Shown here: positions 9,701 through 18,156 of the stretch, piece by piece
How positions within the stretch are numbered: the stretch's first letter is position 1
Layout of the letters: each line of letters opens with the position of its first letter
Assembly: GCA_042090305.1 (NCBI GenBank)
Contig: JBELJQ010000006.1
Location: forward strand, 1 to 61,177
Source: Pelagibacteraceae bacterium
GTDB taxonomy: Bacteria > Pseudomonadota > Alphaproteobacteria > Methylaequorales > Methylaequoraceae
Length of the DNA: 61,177 bases
Direction: 5' to 3'
Position numbers and translations under genes: made by a program
Notes under the pieces: generated by a model
Databases searched by the model: none
What the model saw: the letters and a program-made list of their open reading frames with translations, nothing else
What the model was told of the DNA's origin: nothing

Positions 9701-10417
9701 ATGAAACTAATTTTAGCAATAGATATTAAAAATGGAAAAGTTGTTAAGGCATATGCTGGGTTCAGATTAAACTATAAACCACTTATACTAGATAAAAAAG
9801 ACTTTTCTTGCCCATTCACCTTAATCCAAAAGGCTTATCAAGATCTTAAAATAAATGATATTTATTTAGCCGATTTAGATGCAATTGAAAAAAAACCTTC
9901 TAATAAATTTATAATTTATAGTTTAATGAAACTATTTCCCAAAATTAATTTCCTTTTAGATTTAGGCTTTGACTATCCCTCTACAATTTATAAATTAACA
10001 AACTCATTAAGAAAAAAAAAATTAAAAAATTATAATCTTGTTGTTGGTACCGAAACTATGAAAAACTATAGAATCGAAAACTTTATTATTGGAAAAAAAA
10101 TATTTTTTTCAATTGATTTTAATGGTTATGAGATGAGTTGGGTTGAAAAAATGTATAGAAAAAAAAATTTAAATATTATACTAATGTTTATTAAAAGAAC
10201 TGGAGGGCGAGGAGTTGATTATTTAACTATTAAAAAAGTTGGCAAACTTTTGAAACTACACAACTGTATGATCGCTGGGGGAATAAAATATCTAAGGGAT
10301 TTCAAAAGGCTTTCAACACTCGGTATAACCGGTGCTATTTCCTCAAATTATATTCATAAAATCATTACTAGGGACACATTAGCTGTCCCTAGTAATTTAG
10401 TTACCCTTGAAAAATGA
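9701..10417 (+). CDS. HisA/HisF-related TIM barrel protein (Orf17)
   Basis: LILAIDIKNGKVVKAYAG.R..YKP, IYLADLDAI, VVGTET, IAGGI. Alternative GTG start at 9686. Confidence 0.82.
   Translation: MKLILAIDIKNGKVVKAYAGFRLNYKPLILDKKDFSCPFTLIQKAYQDLKINDIYLADLDAIEKKPSNKFIIYSLMKLFPKINFLLDLGFDYPSTIYKLTNSLRKKKLKNYNLVVGTETMKNYRIENFIIGKKIFFSIDFNGYEMSWVEKMYRKKNLNIILMFIKRTGGRGVDYLTIKKVGKLLKLHNCMIAGGIKYLRDFKRLSTLGITGAISSNYIHKIITRDTLAVPSNLVTLEK
10364..10396 (-). terminator. Intrinsic terminator hairpin of the fae transcript
   Basis: Perfect 13-bp stem ATTACTAGGGACA / TGTCCCTAGTAAT with 7-nt loop, followed on the minus strand by GATTTT. Confidence 0.75.
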
Positions 10418-10480
10418 GAACAACCTTGAAAGCCATCCGCCACCATTAGCATTTTGCGATGGCTTCATGTTGGATGAACT
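10397..10480 (-). other. In-frame extension beyond the fae UGA (SSSNMKPSQNANGGGWLSRLFSFFKGN*), candidate readthrough membrane-targeting tail; alternatively a 23-aa sORF from ATG 10468
   Basis: 27 open codons in the fae frame, ending TAA at 10399-10397 directly before the terminator; 35 of 84 nt are G/C. Confidence 0.6.
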
Positions 10481-10990
10481 TCACTTGGCTGCAAAAGGGT
10501 GTTCAGCTGAATCTTTTTGAGAAACAACTTCACTAGGCTTAGGATCGCCTGAAACTGCTCTCTCGATTGCTTCTTTTGTGGCTGTGTAATTATATTCTTG
10601 GATTTTTTTATCATCCTCTGCTAACCAGTGAATAAATACACCAACAGAAATAAATAGGTTGTCTGCTTCATCTTCTGGAATCGTACCTTCGGCAACACAA
10701 TCCATTACAGCTTTTGCAACACCGTGTTGTGCGGGTCCAAACATTTGAACAGCTTGTTTTGCACCCTTGATTGTTACTTTATTAAACATACAAGTTGCTG
10801 GTTTTGTCATTAAATTTGGCGCCACAACTGCAAGAAGTGCAGTAAAACCATCCTTATTGTTTGTTAAAGCATTAGCAAATGATGTTTCAGCAGGAGTACC
10901 TCTTGGACCGATGATTAAATCAATATGTGCGACTTCATTGCCGTCACCTACAAGTGATTCTCCAACAAGCATTTTTGTAATTTTAGCCAT
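10481..10990 (-). CDS. fae: Formaldehyde-activating enzyme
   Basis: [69 protein letters not shown]; GGAGG RBS. Confidence 0.98.
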   Translation of the reverse strand: MAKITKMLVGESLVGDGNEVAHIDLIIGPRGTPAETSFANALTNNKDGFTALLAVVAPNLMTKPATCMFNKVTIKGAKQAVQMFGPAQHGVAKAVMDCVAEGTIPEDEADNLFISVGVFIHWLAEDDKKIQEYNYTATKEAIERAVSGDPKPSEVVSQKDSAEHPFAAK

Positions 10991-11016
10991 TTTTCCTCCA
11001 ATTTAATTAATAGTGT

Positions 11017-11868
11017 TTATAATGGATATTTGAATATATCTTTTATTTTATCCATTAGCAAGGTTGTTACTGTTAAATCAGCACATGTTCCAGGGTTCAA
11101 ATGTAATTCTTTTAAATATCTGTCCAAACTATCAATTTCTTGGCAACTATTCTTTTCAATATTAGTATAAATTTTTTTAAAAGTGACCCCAAACATTTTC
11201 TTAGTTGTTCTAGCTTTGTGGTATCCGTATTTTCTTAAAATATGACTATCCATGTATCGAGATGCAAAGTTTAAATAAAGCATTTGAATGGCCTTCCCCT
11301 TGGTAATTTTTTTTTTAATTTCACCTAAAAAAGGGAGTCCTATTTTAAAAATTTCGTTATAATTATCAATATAACACTTTGAAATTCTATCCCATTTAGA
11401 TGAGATTTTCATGATTTTTAATAAACTTAAATTATGTATATTTTTCATAAAAACATCACCTTCACCCTTATATTTTTTAATTCCCCCTGGTTGTGCATAC
11501 TTTATTGCATCCAAAATCAATTTTGTGTCATAGTTATTGATATTCTTTAAGACCTTATAAAGTTCTTTTCTAAATTTTTTTGGTTTATTTAGATGGGCTT
11601 TAATTAAAGGAGCACAAAGAAGGATGATTCCCAGGTTATAATTAGAATTCAAACAATCAATACACTTTTTAGTTGATGAAAAAATAATTTCCCCAATACT
11701 TTTTTCTTTATCAACCATAAATTCAGCAGACAACTTTGATGCGTATAAAAATTTCTTTGAATACATTCCTAATATTTTTGACTCGTCACTGTGGTTACCA
11801 GGCTTGTTAACCTTCAATTCTTCGGCACAGGATTGTAAATATAAGTTTTTTATTATGAGTGACGACAT
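11017..11868 (-). CDS. CitG-like triphosphoribosyl-dephospho-CoA synthase family protein (Orf7)
   Basis: E..VNKPGN, NYNLGIILLCAPL, DSHILRKYG, NPGTCADLTV. Confidence 0.85.
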   Translation of the reverse strand: MSSLIIKNLYLQSCAEELKVNKPGNHSDESKILGMYSKKFLYASKLSAEFMVDKEKSIGEIIFSSTKKCIDCLNSNYNLGIILLCAPLIKAHLNKPKKFRKELYKVLKNINNYDTKLILDAIKYAQPGGIKKYKGEGDVFMKNIHNLSLLKIMKISSKWDRISKCYIDNYNEIFKIGLPFLGEIKKKITKGKAIQMLYLNFASRYMDSHILRKYGYHKARTTKKMFGVTFKKIYTNIEKNSCQEIDSLDRYLKELHLNPGTCADLTVTTLLMDKIKDIFKYPL

Positions 11869-12731
11869 TGTTTAAATTTTTTTACTTTTACAATAAAGTC
11901 ATCAACCAAAGTTTTTGATAGATCTTTTTTGTAGAGTTTATTGATAGTCTTCCAAGATGGGACACCATTAACTTCAAGAATATAATTTTTTTGATTTAGG
12001 GATTTAAAGTCTATTCCACCGTACCCAAGCCCAAGACACTTTGAAATTTTTTCAGATAAATAAGTTAAATTTTTACTCAGTTTTCCTTTCTGAAATTCTG
12101 CTCCTTGATATATATTTGTCAAATAATGTCTAGAGGTTCTTTTCATACAAGCAATTACCTTGTGATTACTTACCAATACTCTTAAATCACAAAACTTTTT
12201 ATCGTCAATACTTCCTAAAAATTTCTGTAAATAATATACATTCCCCACGGAACTTACTTTGCTAGGTAATTCACCCTTTTTTAAAAGTTGTATTCCTTTT
12301 CCTTGAGAACCAAATATTGGTTTTAATAAAGAATTGAATTTTATTTTTTTATCTTTTTTATTTATCCAAACAATAGTATCGGGAGAATCAATACCATTTA
12401 TTTTTAATATTCCAGTAGTACGAACTTTATCCACAGTTTTCTCGATTGTTTCAGCTGAGTTGTGTGTGTATACCTTTGAATCTTTTAATAGATGAATAAA
12501 AGTAAGCTTTGTTGTTATTTCTTCGAGTGAACCAGAGTTAATAAATCTCACCCAAGCTCCATCGATATGATGAAGATTTTTATTAAAAAATATTTTTTTA
12601 TTCTTACTAAAATTTAGTTCAATTTCATTAAAGCTTAGTTTAATTACTTCACAGTTTTTTTTTTTTAAGTGATATTCTATTTCTTTGCTATGCCAATCGT
12701 GTAAATCGGAAATTATTGCTATGGAATACAT
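11853..12731 (-). CDS. RimK-type ATP-grasp glutamate ligase (Orf5)
   Basis: DWH, VRFI..GSLEEIT, IEKTVDK, KPIFGSQGKG, DLRVLV, LEVNGVPSW. Confidence 0.85.
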   Translation of the reverse strand: MYSIAIISDLHDWHSKEIEYHLKKKNCEVIKLSFNEIELNFSKNKKIFFNKNLHHIDGAWVRFINSGSLEEITTKLTFIHLLKDSKVYTHNSAETIEKTVDKVRTTGILKINGIDSPDTIVWINKKDKKIKFNSLLKPIFGSQGKGIQLLKKGELPSKVSSVGNVYYLQKFLGSIDDKKFCDLRVLVSNHKVIACMKRTSRHYLTNIYQGAEFQKGKLSKNLTYLSEKISKCLGLGYGGIDFKSLNQKNYILEVNGVPSWKTINKLYKKDLSKTLVDDFIVKVKKFKQCRHS

Positions 12732-12733
12732 AA

Positions 12734-13684
12734 CTAAATTCTAAAGGAATTATTTACTATTTTTTTGTTTACCTCACCAGTCTTGTATGTTTTGCCGCTA
12801 GAAATTGAGTTGAGAATTATTTGTGCAGGGCTAAATAAAAAACCATCAATGTTATAGAAGTCTTTGTCATTTTCTTCAAAAATTGTTTTGAATGGTTTGC
12901 CATAATCTTTAGAAGAAATACTCGGTAATTTTTTTGATAATGAAATAATATCATTTTCAGGTCCATCAACAATCAATTGAACTATTCCACCGTAAATAAT
13001 TGCATCATTTGTTCTTCCCATACCAGAAACAAAATCTTGTGCTATGGGGGGTATGGGTGCTGAGCCAAATCCATTTTTAATTCTATCTAAAGGAAACTTC
13101 AACTCATGCACCTTGTGAATAGCAACTTCAAGAACTCTTGCCACTACTTGAAGATTTCCGCATATAGAGGTTGTGGGGGTTAGTATAAAAAATAAATTTT
13201 CAGGACTCATATTACAGTCCGAAGAAATTTTTTTGACTATTTCTTCTGGAGGTTCTTTTTCTACTTCTAAAACTATTGATGTTTTAGTATGTGCGTCACT
13301 ATAATTTAATTCTTTAAATATTTTCTCTTTTTGAGCAATAGATCTAACTGGTCCGGAACCAAGTGCAAAAAATTCTTTTGAACTCAGACTCCAGCCAGCA
13401 TACTGTGAACCTAGACAAGCCAGAACAGGGTGTGCTGAATGTACATCAATTTGCATTGACGTAAGATCAAAATAGTCATTAAATTTAACATTAACTTTTC
13501 CTAGCCCTCCAAGACAAATTTCCGAAATCATCAGGCCTGCTTCAATTGATCCTGGCACATCGATACCCGCATCAATTATAGTACAATTTGACCACCCTTT
13601 TTTAATTTTTATATTGAGGTAATCAGCATTCAAAATTAAATTATTTAAAATTTCTTCAGACTTTTTATTAATACTTATTTTCAT
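12734..13684 (-). CDS. mch: Methenyl-H4MPT cyclohydrolase
   Basis: IDAGI..PGSIEAG, ICLGGLG, ACLGSQYAGW, LGSGP, ARVLEVAIHK, MGRTNDAI.YGG, FSPA. Confidence 0.97.
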   Translation of the reverse strand: MKISINKKSEEILNNLILNADYLNIKIKKGWSNCTIIDAGIDVPGSIEAGLMISEICLGGLGKVNVKFNDYFDLTSMQIDVHSAHPVLACLGSQYAGWSLSSKEFFALGSGPVRSIAQKEKIFKELNYSDAHTKTSIVLEVEKEPPEEIVKKISSDCNMSPENLFFILTPTTSICGNLQVVARVLEVAIHKVHELKFPLDRIKNGFGSAPIPPIAQDFVSGMGRTNDAIIYGGIVQLIVDGPENDIISLSKKLPSISSKDYGKPFKTIFEENDKDFYNIDGFLFSPAQIILNSISSGKTYKTGEVNKKIVNNSFRI

Positions 13685-14753
13685 ATTTTGATAGTTCTTT
13701 ATAAAACTTATACGATATTTTTTTAAACTTTTCTTCTAAATTCTCATTTTCTGAGAAAGTGAAGTGTGACAAACAAACAGGATTATTTTTTTTTATTACC
13801 TCATCTTTGATTGGTAATTCAGAATAAGTTGAAGATTTAGAAATCTTGTAAAAAAAATCGTATATTCTTTTGTTATTAGTTATTTTTTTTTTACTATAAA
13901 TGATTAAGGTCCCTAACCCATGACTTTTTTTTACTTTAGATTGGAAATAATTTGACGCATAAAGTCTACCAATTATATTAATTGAAAGGCCAGGCCTTGC
14001 ATTGAGTTCAATCAAATAAACATTCTCATTTTTATCAACTACTAAGTCAAGATTGTTTAATCCGTTTAATTTATAGAAGGATGAAACTTTTTTTACGATA
14101 TTATAAATTTTTTTTTTAATTTTATCTGATAAATTTAAAGTAGTTAAAGCCTTAATTAAGAATGGTTTTTTGTGATTATCATAAAAGTGTTGCTTGCAGT
14201 AACATAATATTTTCATCTGACTTTTATTTACAAAGAATTGAGCTGATATATGTTCACCAAAAATTAACTCTTGAAAATATCTATTTTGCCTTTTTAAAAT
14301 TTTTGATTCCAAGCCGTTAAATACTTTTTCACCTCCAAAAGAATTGAAATATTTTATTAACCAGTTTTTATTAATTCTTAATGACCAATTAGGGTGAAGA
14401 ATTTTTTTTTTTTGCATCATTGTAAAGAACGCCTGAGATTTTACTATTTTATTTGTCTTAATTGAATTTCCGTAATTTTTCCTGCTTCCAATAATTTTTG
14501 ATAGATTTAATGACTCAGCAAAGCCTGAACCAATCAAAACTGATTTTGTTTCATAGGGATCTACTTGATAAAAAAATTTCTTTATCTTATCTTCATTAAA
14601 ACTTTTCAGTTGAAGAGAATCCTTACAGAATTTCCTGAGATTTATGCTATCGTATATGTGAATGGAATAAACAATGTACCCTCTACGGTAAAAGAATCTA
14701 GATAGATCTTCACAAGATGAGGATAATAAAAAAATTTCTTTATTTGATATTAT
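13668..14753 (-). CDS. ATP-grasp protein OrfY (methylofuran polyglutamate synthesis); start probably ATA at 14753 or 14750
   Basis: The track ORF 13668-14537 is open upstream to a TAG at 14771-14769; the added part reads IISNKEIFLLSSSCEDLSRFFYRRGYIVYSIHIYDS. Core: GSGF, YFQELIFGEHISAQF, L.GLNNLD, LIELNARPG. Position between mtdB and mch is canonical. Confidence 0.75.
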   Translation of the reverse strand: MISNKEIFLLSSSCEDLSRFFYRRGYIVYSIHIYDSINLRKFCKDSLQLKSFNEDKIKKFFYQVDPYETKSVLIGSGFAESLNLSKIIGSRKNYGNSIKTNKIVKSQAFFTMMQKKKILHPNWSLRINKNWLIKYFNSFGGEKVFNGLESKILKRQNRYFQELIFGEHISAQFFVNKSQMKILCYCKQHFYDNHKKPFLIKALTTLNLSDKIKKKIYNIVKKVSSFYKLNGLNNLDLVVDKNENVYLIELNARPGLSINIIGRLYASNYFQSKVKKSHGLGTLIIYSKKKITNNKRIYDFFYKISKSSTYSELPIKDEVIKKNNPVCLSHFTFSENENLEEKFKKISYKFYKELSKYENKY

Positions 14754-15646
14754 TCTTTTAATATTTCTCTAGCAGTTTTCAATGCTTCATCAAAATTTAG
14801 ATAAAGAGGTTTTTCAGTTGCGCACATTTTCTCAAACATTTTATATTGAGTTTTAACTTTTATATCTCCAGACGTTAATGGACCAATTGAGTAACCTCCA
14901 GAAAAATGTTTTCTATCATTATCTTTGAGTTCAACACCTTCTAGACCTGCTGGAGGCACGGCATTTACATCAGCTAAAACTAAAACCTTGTCCGCTAATT
15001 TGAGTTGTTCATGATTTAAAACTTGAGTGCCTGCCCTTGCTGCACAAAAGATTATATCAGCATCTGGTAAAAAAGAGGAATTTAGTTCATCCGAAGAACC
15101 ATCTCCTGGTTTAATATTAACGTTGAATCTTGCTTTATACTCTTCTGCTTTCTTTTCAACATTTTTGATTCCATCATACCCTATTATAGTGCATTCAGCT
15201 CCACTTTGGGCACACATTATTGCAGAAATACCTCCAACTATACCTTTACCGCCATAAATCATTATTTTTTTATTATTAAGATCGGTATTGAATTTCTTTT
15301 TGAGCGTTTTTTCGGTACAAGCCACCATTGCAGCTGCTGTTGTAAATGAACCAGCTGGATCTGGAAAAACTGAGATTTCAAAAGGAGGAACCATTGATTT
15401 TTTTGCAGTATCCATCATATCCAATGCAAGTGAAGCATCTTTACCGCATATAAAAACACCAGTTTTTTTTGCATTATTTACTGAGCGTGAAAAAATAGCA
15501 TCCTGCACTAGACCTTTAACATCTGTAAGGTTTACATTAGTGTATGGAATAACAATATCGTAGCCAGCATCACATGCCATGTTCACATCAAATGGACTTA
15601 CATTTCCTTGAGGGCTAATCATATGTAAAATATTTTTTTTTGTCAT
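14750..15646 (-). CDS. mtdB: NAD(P)-dependent methylene-H4MPT dehydrogenase
   Basis: ILHM..P...SPFDVNMA.DAG, QDAIFSR, MVPPFEISVF.DPAGSFTTAAAMVA, DVNAVPPAG. Confidence 0.95.
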   Translation of the reverse strand: MTKKNILHMISPQGNVSPFDVNMACDAGYDIVIPYTNVNLTDVKGLVQDAIFSRSVNNAKKTGVFICGKDASLALDMMDTAKKSMVPPFEISVFPDPAGSFTTAAAMVACTEKTLKKKFNTDLNNKKIMIYGGKGIVGGISAIMCAQSGAECTIIGYDGIKNVEKKAEEYKARFNVNIKPGDGSSDELNSSFLPDADIIFCAARAGTQVLNHEQLKLADKVLVLADVNAVPPAGLEGVELKDNDRKHFSGGYSIGPLTSGDIKVKTQYKMFEKMCATEKPLYLNFDEALKTAREILKE

Positions 15647-16596
15647 TTTGTTCCTTTTAATAAAATTTTCCCTTTATTTCTTCCCTCAACCTTTACAAAA
15701 TTAATTTCATCTAAATTTTTTAAATTAATATATTTTTCTAATGATTTTAACAACTCATTTCTTTTTTTTGAATTTTCACAAAATATAAACCCCGTTGGAC
15801 CCCAAGAAGTTTGACCATAACCACATAATTTATTTTTTGAGAAATCTTTGAATAGCTGTCTAATTTCCTTACTTGCGAAAATTCTTTTATCTCTATAAAA
15901 AGTTTCCGACATATTCTCTTGGATTGCCTGTACACCTTGACAAAAAGTTTTAAAATCTCTTTCCATTATACCAGGAATTATTTTGAGAAGGAGTTCGGAA
16001 CAATTGTTTTTTTTTATTGGAAGGCGATCAACTTTTTTAAATTCGGATATTTCACTATTCCCAGAAACACCCTTTTTTTTATTTTGAAAAATTAGTATTA
16101 CTTTCCATTCATCAGGCCATTTTAGATTAATAAGTTCAAGGGGCGTACCTGTTGATTTTTTTTTTTTCCCTAGGTCAATTGCAAATCCTCCTTTCTTAAA
16201 TGATTGGATGCCAATACCTGAACGTTTTCCTCTTTTTAAGAATATAGCAATTTCATCGATTGTCATTTTTAAATCAAAGAATAAAGAAATCAAATATCCA
16301 ATCGATAGCGATAATTGAGTTCCAGAACCTAAACCTATATGACTAGGAATAAATTTATTAACTATTATTTTACAAAAAGGAATTTTCATATTCTTTTTAA
16401 ATTTGATTAAAATTGAAAGAACTTTTTTTTTTAAATTAGAATTGGTGGATACGACTTTAAATTTATCTGAATTTTTTATTTCAATCTCATAGCCATACTT
16501 TGATATGGTTAAACCCAAACTTCCAAAGAATCTCGGTAGACTTTGATTCATTTCCAGAAAACCAAGATGAATTCGTGCTGGCGAAAATAATTTCAT
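15643..16596 (-). CDS. mptG: Beta-RFAP synthase
   Basis: PARIHLGF, RFFGSLG, IPSHIGLGSGTQL, RG.RSGIGI..F..GGF, GQTSWGPTGF, N.G. Confidence 0.93.
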   Translation of the reverse strand: MKLFSPARIHLGFLEMNQSLPRFFGSLGLTISKYGYEIEIKNSDKFKVVSTNSNLKKKVLSILIKFKKNMKIPFCKIIVNKFIPSHIGLGSGTQLSLSIGYLISLFFDLKMTIDEIAIFLKRGKRSGIGIQSFKKGGFAIDLGKKKKSTGTPLELINLKWPDEWKVILIFQNKKKGVSGNSEISEFKKVDRLPIKKNNCSELLLKIIPGIMERDFKTFCQGVQAIQENMSETFYRDKRIFASKEIRQLFKDFSKNKLCGYGQTSWGPTGFIFCENSKKRNELLKSLEKYINLKNLDEINFVKVEGRNKGKILLKGTK

Positions 16597-16698
16597 AAGC
16601 TCTTTCTTTATCTTTATATTTATATATTTTAAGTAATAATTATGAATATTTTATTCACAAGTATAAAAAATTTAAATTTTACAAAATGAGGTATTTGA

Positions 16699-17076
16699 AT
16701 GACAAAAAATGAAATAAATGTTTTCGATGAAAGCGAAATAAATGAATATATTCAAAAGAATTTAAAAGGTTGGTCCTACGATGGTAAATGGATACGAAAA
16801 ACCTATAAAACTCATAGTTGGAAATCAACACTAATGGTCGTAAACTCAATTGGACATTTAGCTGAGGCAGCTTGGCATCATCCTGATCTACAAATTTCTT
16901 ACGCATTTGTTGAAGTAAAACTTATGAATCATGCTAAAAAAGGTATCACTCAGTTAGACTTTGACTTAGCAAAAAAAATTGACGAATTTATAACATGGAA
17001 TCCAAAAGAAGAAAATTTATCCCTTGAAGGCACCCCATCAGACCCAAGGTTTGCTTACATTAAATATGAGAAGTAA
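16699..17076 (+). CDS. pcbD: Pterin-4a-carbinolamine dehydratase
   Basis: WIRKTYKT.SWK.TLMVVN.IGHLAEAAWHHPDL, GIT..DF.LA, LEGTP.DPRF.Y. Confidence 0.9.
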   Translation: MTKNEINVFDESEINEYIQKNLKGWSYDGKWIRKTYKTHSWKSTLMVVNSIGHLAEAAWHHPDLQISYAFVEVKLMNHAKKGITQLDFDLAKKIDEFITWNPKEENLSLEGTPSDPRFAYIKYEK

Positions 17077-17079
17077 AAA

Positions 17080-18156
17080 ATGAATGAGCTTGATCAGTTG
17101 CAAATATTTGGTGAGATCCTTACTCCTAACGCTCCTAATATTGAAAAAGTTTATAGTAAGAAAGCTGTTCCACTTGTAAATGGCAAACAAGTAAGTTTTA
17201 GTTGTGCAATAAAACATATAAAAAAAATCATATCTAATGATAATATTCATTTTAGCGGCCTAAGTTGTGATTTAAAAACTATCGATAGAGTTATTCAAAT
17301 CTCTGAAAAAAAGAGATTTTCGTTAAGTCATATTAATCAAAACGAAATAAATAATTTTTACAGTGCATTTTATAAATTTGGTTGCTCAAGTATCTCGATT
17401 AATGAAATGAAAAATAGAGCAGATACAATTATTATTTTAGGAGAAATGAATAATCCGCTCCAAAAGGTTTTAATTAAATATCTTGAGAAAATGAAGAAAA
17501 TTTTTCCAAGAAATGTCTATTTTATAAGTTCAAAAAAAAAGTCTAACTTTAAACATCATACTTATAATAATGATTTATACGGTTTTATAAATAGATTGAA
17601 TGATTTAGATTCTTTAAAGAAAGATCCAATTGTGGACAAGTTATTAGCATCAAAATATCCAGTTTTCTTGATAGCCAATACTGAAGATTTTTTATTCACT
17701 CAGTTAATCTTTCAAGCATTAATGAATATAAATAATAAAAAAGATAATTTTAAGGCTCTTAAGTTGAGTGGTTCTAATAATTCTGGTGGATATGTCAATT
17801 CATGTACTATAAAGTCGGGTTTTCCTGGACCATTAAATTTCAGTGATTGGGGAATAAGTTTTGATCCTCATGAATTTAGTACTTCAGAAATAGTTAAAAA
17901 AAAAAAAATTCAGTTTTCAGTTTCAAACTTTAGCGACAAACAGTCTTTTCTTGAATTTAAATATAATATTTTGATAGGAAACCCAAATTCAATAAAACAA
18001 GAATCTTATGATGTTTTTATTCCAACAAAAACTCCAGGTGTTGATTGTGATGGTTTAGTATTAAGATCGGATGGAGTAAAAGTAATAAAATTAAAGGGTA
18101 GTTTAAATTCAGATTATTTTGACAATATTCAGATTTTGGAACAAGTTTTTAGTTAA
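17080..18156 (+). CDS. fhcB: Formyltransferase/hydrolase complex subunit B (divergent)
   Basis: 358 aa; EMKNRAD, KSGFPGP, FDP, VFIPTKTPGVD.DG...RSDG. Confidence 0.8.
   Translation: MNELDQLQIFGEILTPNAPNIEKVYSKKAVPLVNGKQVSFSCAIKHIKKIISNDNIHFSGLSCDLKTIDRVIQISEKKRFSLSHINQNEINNFYSAFYKFGCSSISINEMKNRADTIIILGEMNNPLQKVLIKYLEKMKKIFPRNVYFISSKKKSNFKHHTYNNDLYGFINRLNDLDSLKKDPIVDKLLASKYPVFLIANTEDFLFTQLIFQALMNINNKKDNFKALKLSGSNNSGGYVNSCTIKSGFPGPLNFSDWGISFDPHEFSTSEIVKKKKIQFSVSNFSDKQSFLEFKYNILIGNPNSIKQESYDVFIPTKTPGVDCDGLVLRSDGVKVIKLKGSLNSDYFDNIQILEQVFS

Noticed and set aside
10481-10483. Genome-wide UGA reassignment as the explanation for the fae extension
   Set aside because: Many genes end at TGA with ATGA coupling, and conserved Trp positions use TGG, so the standard code applies.
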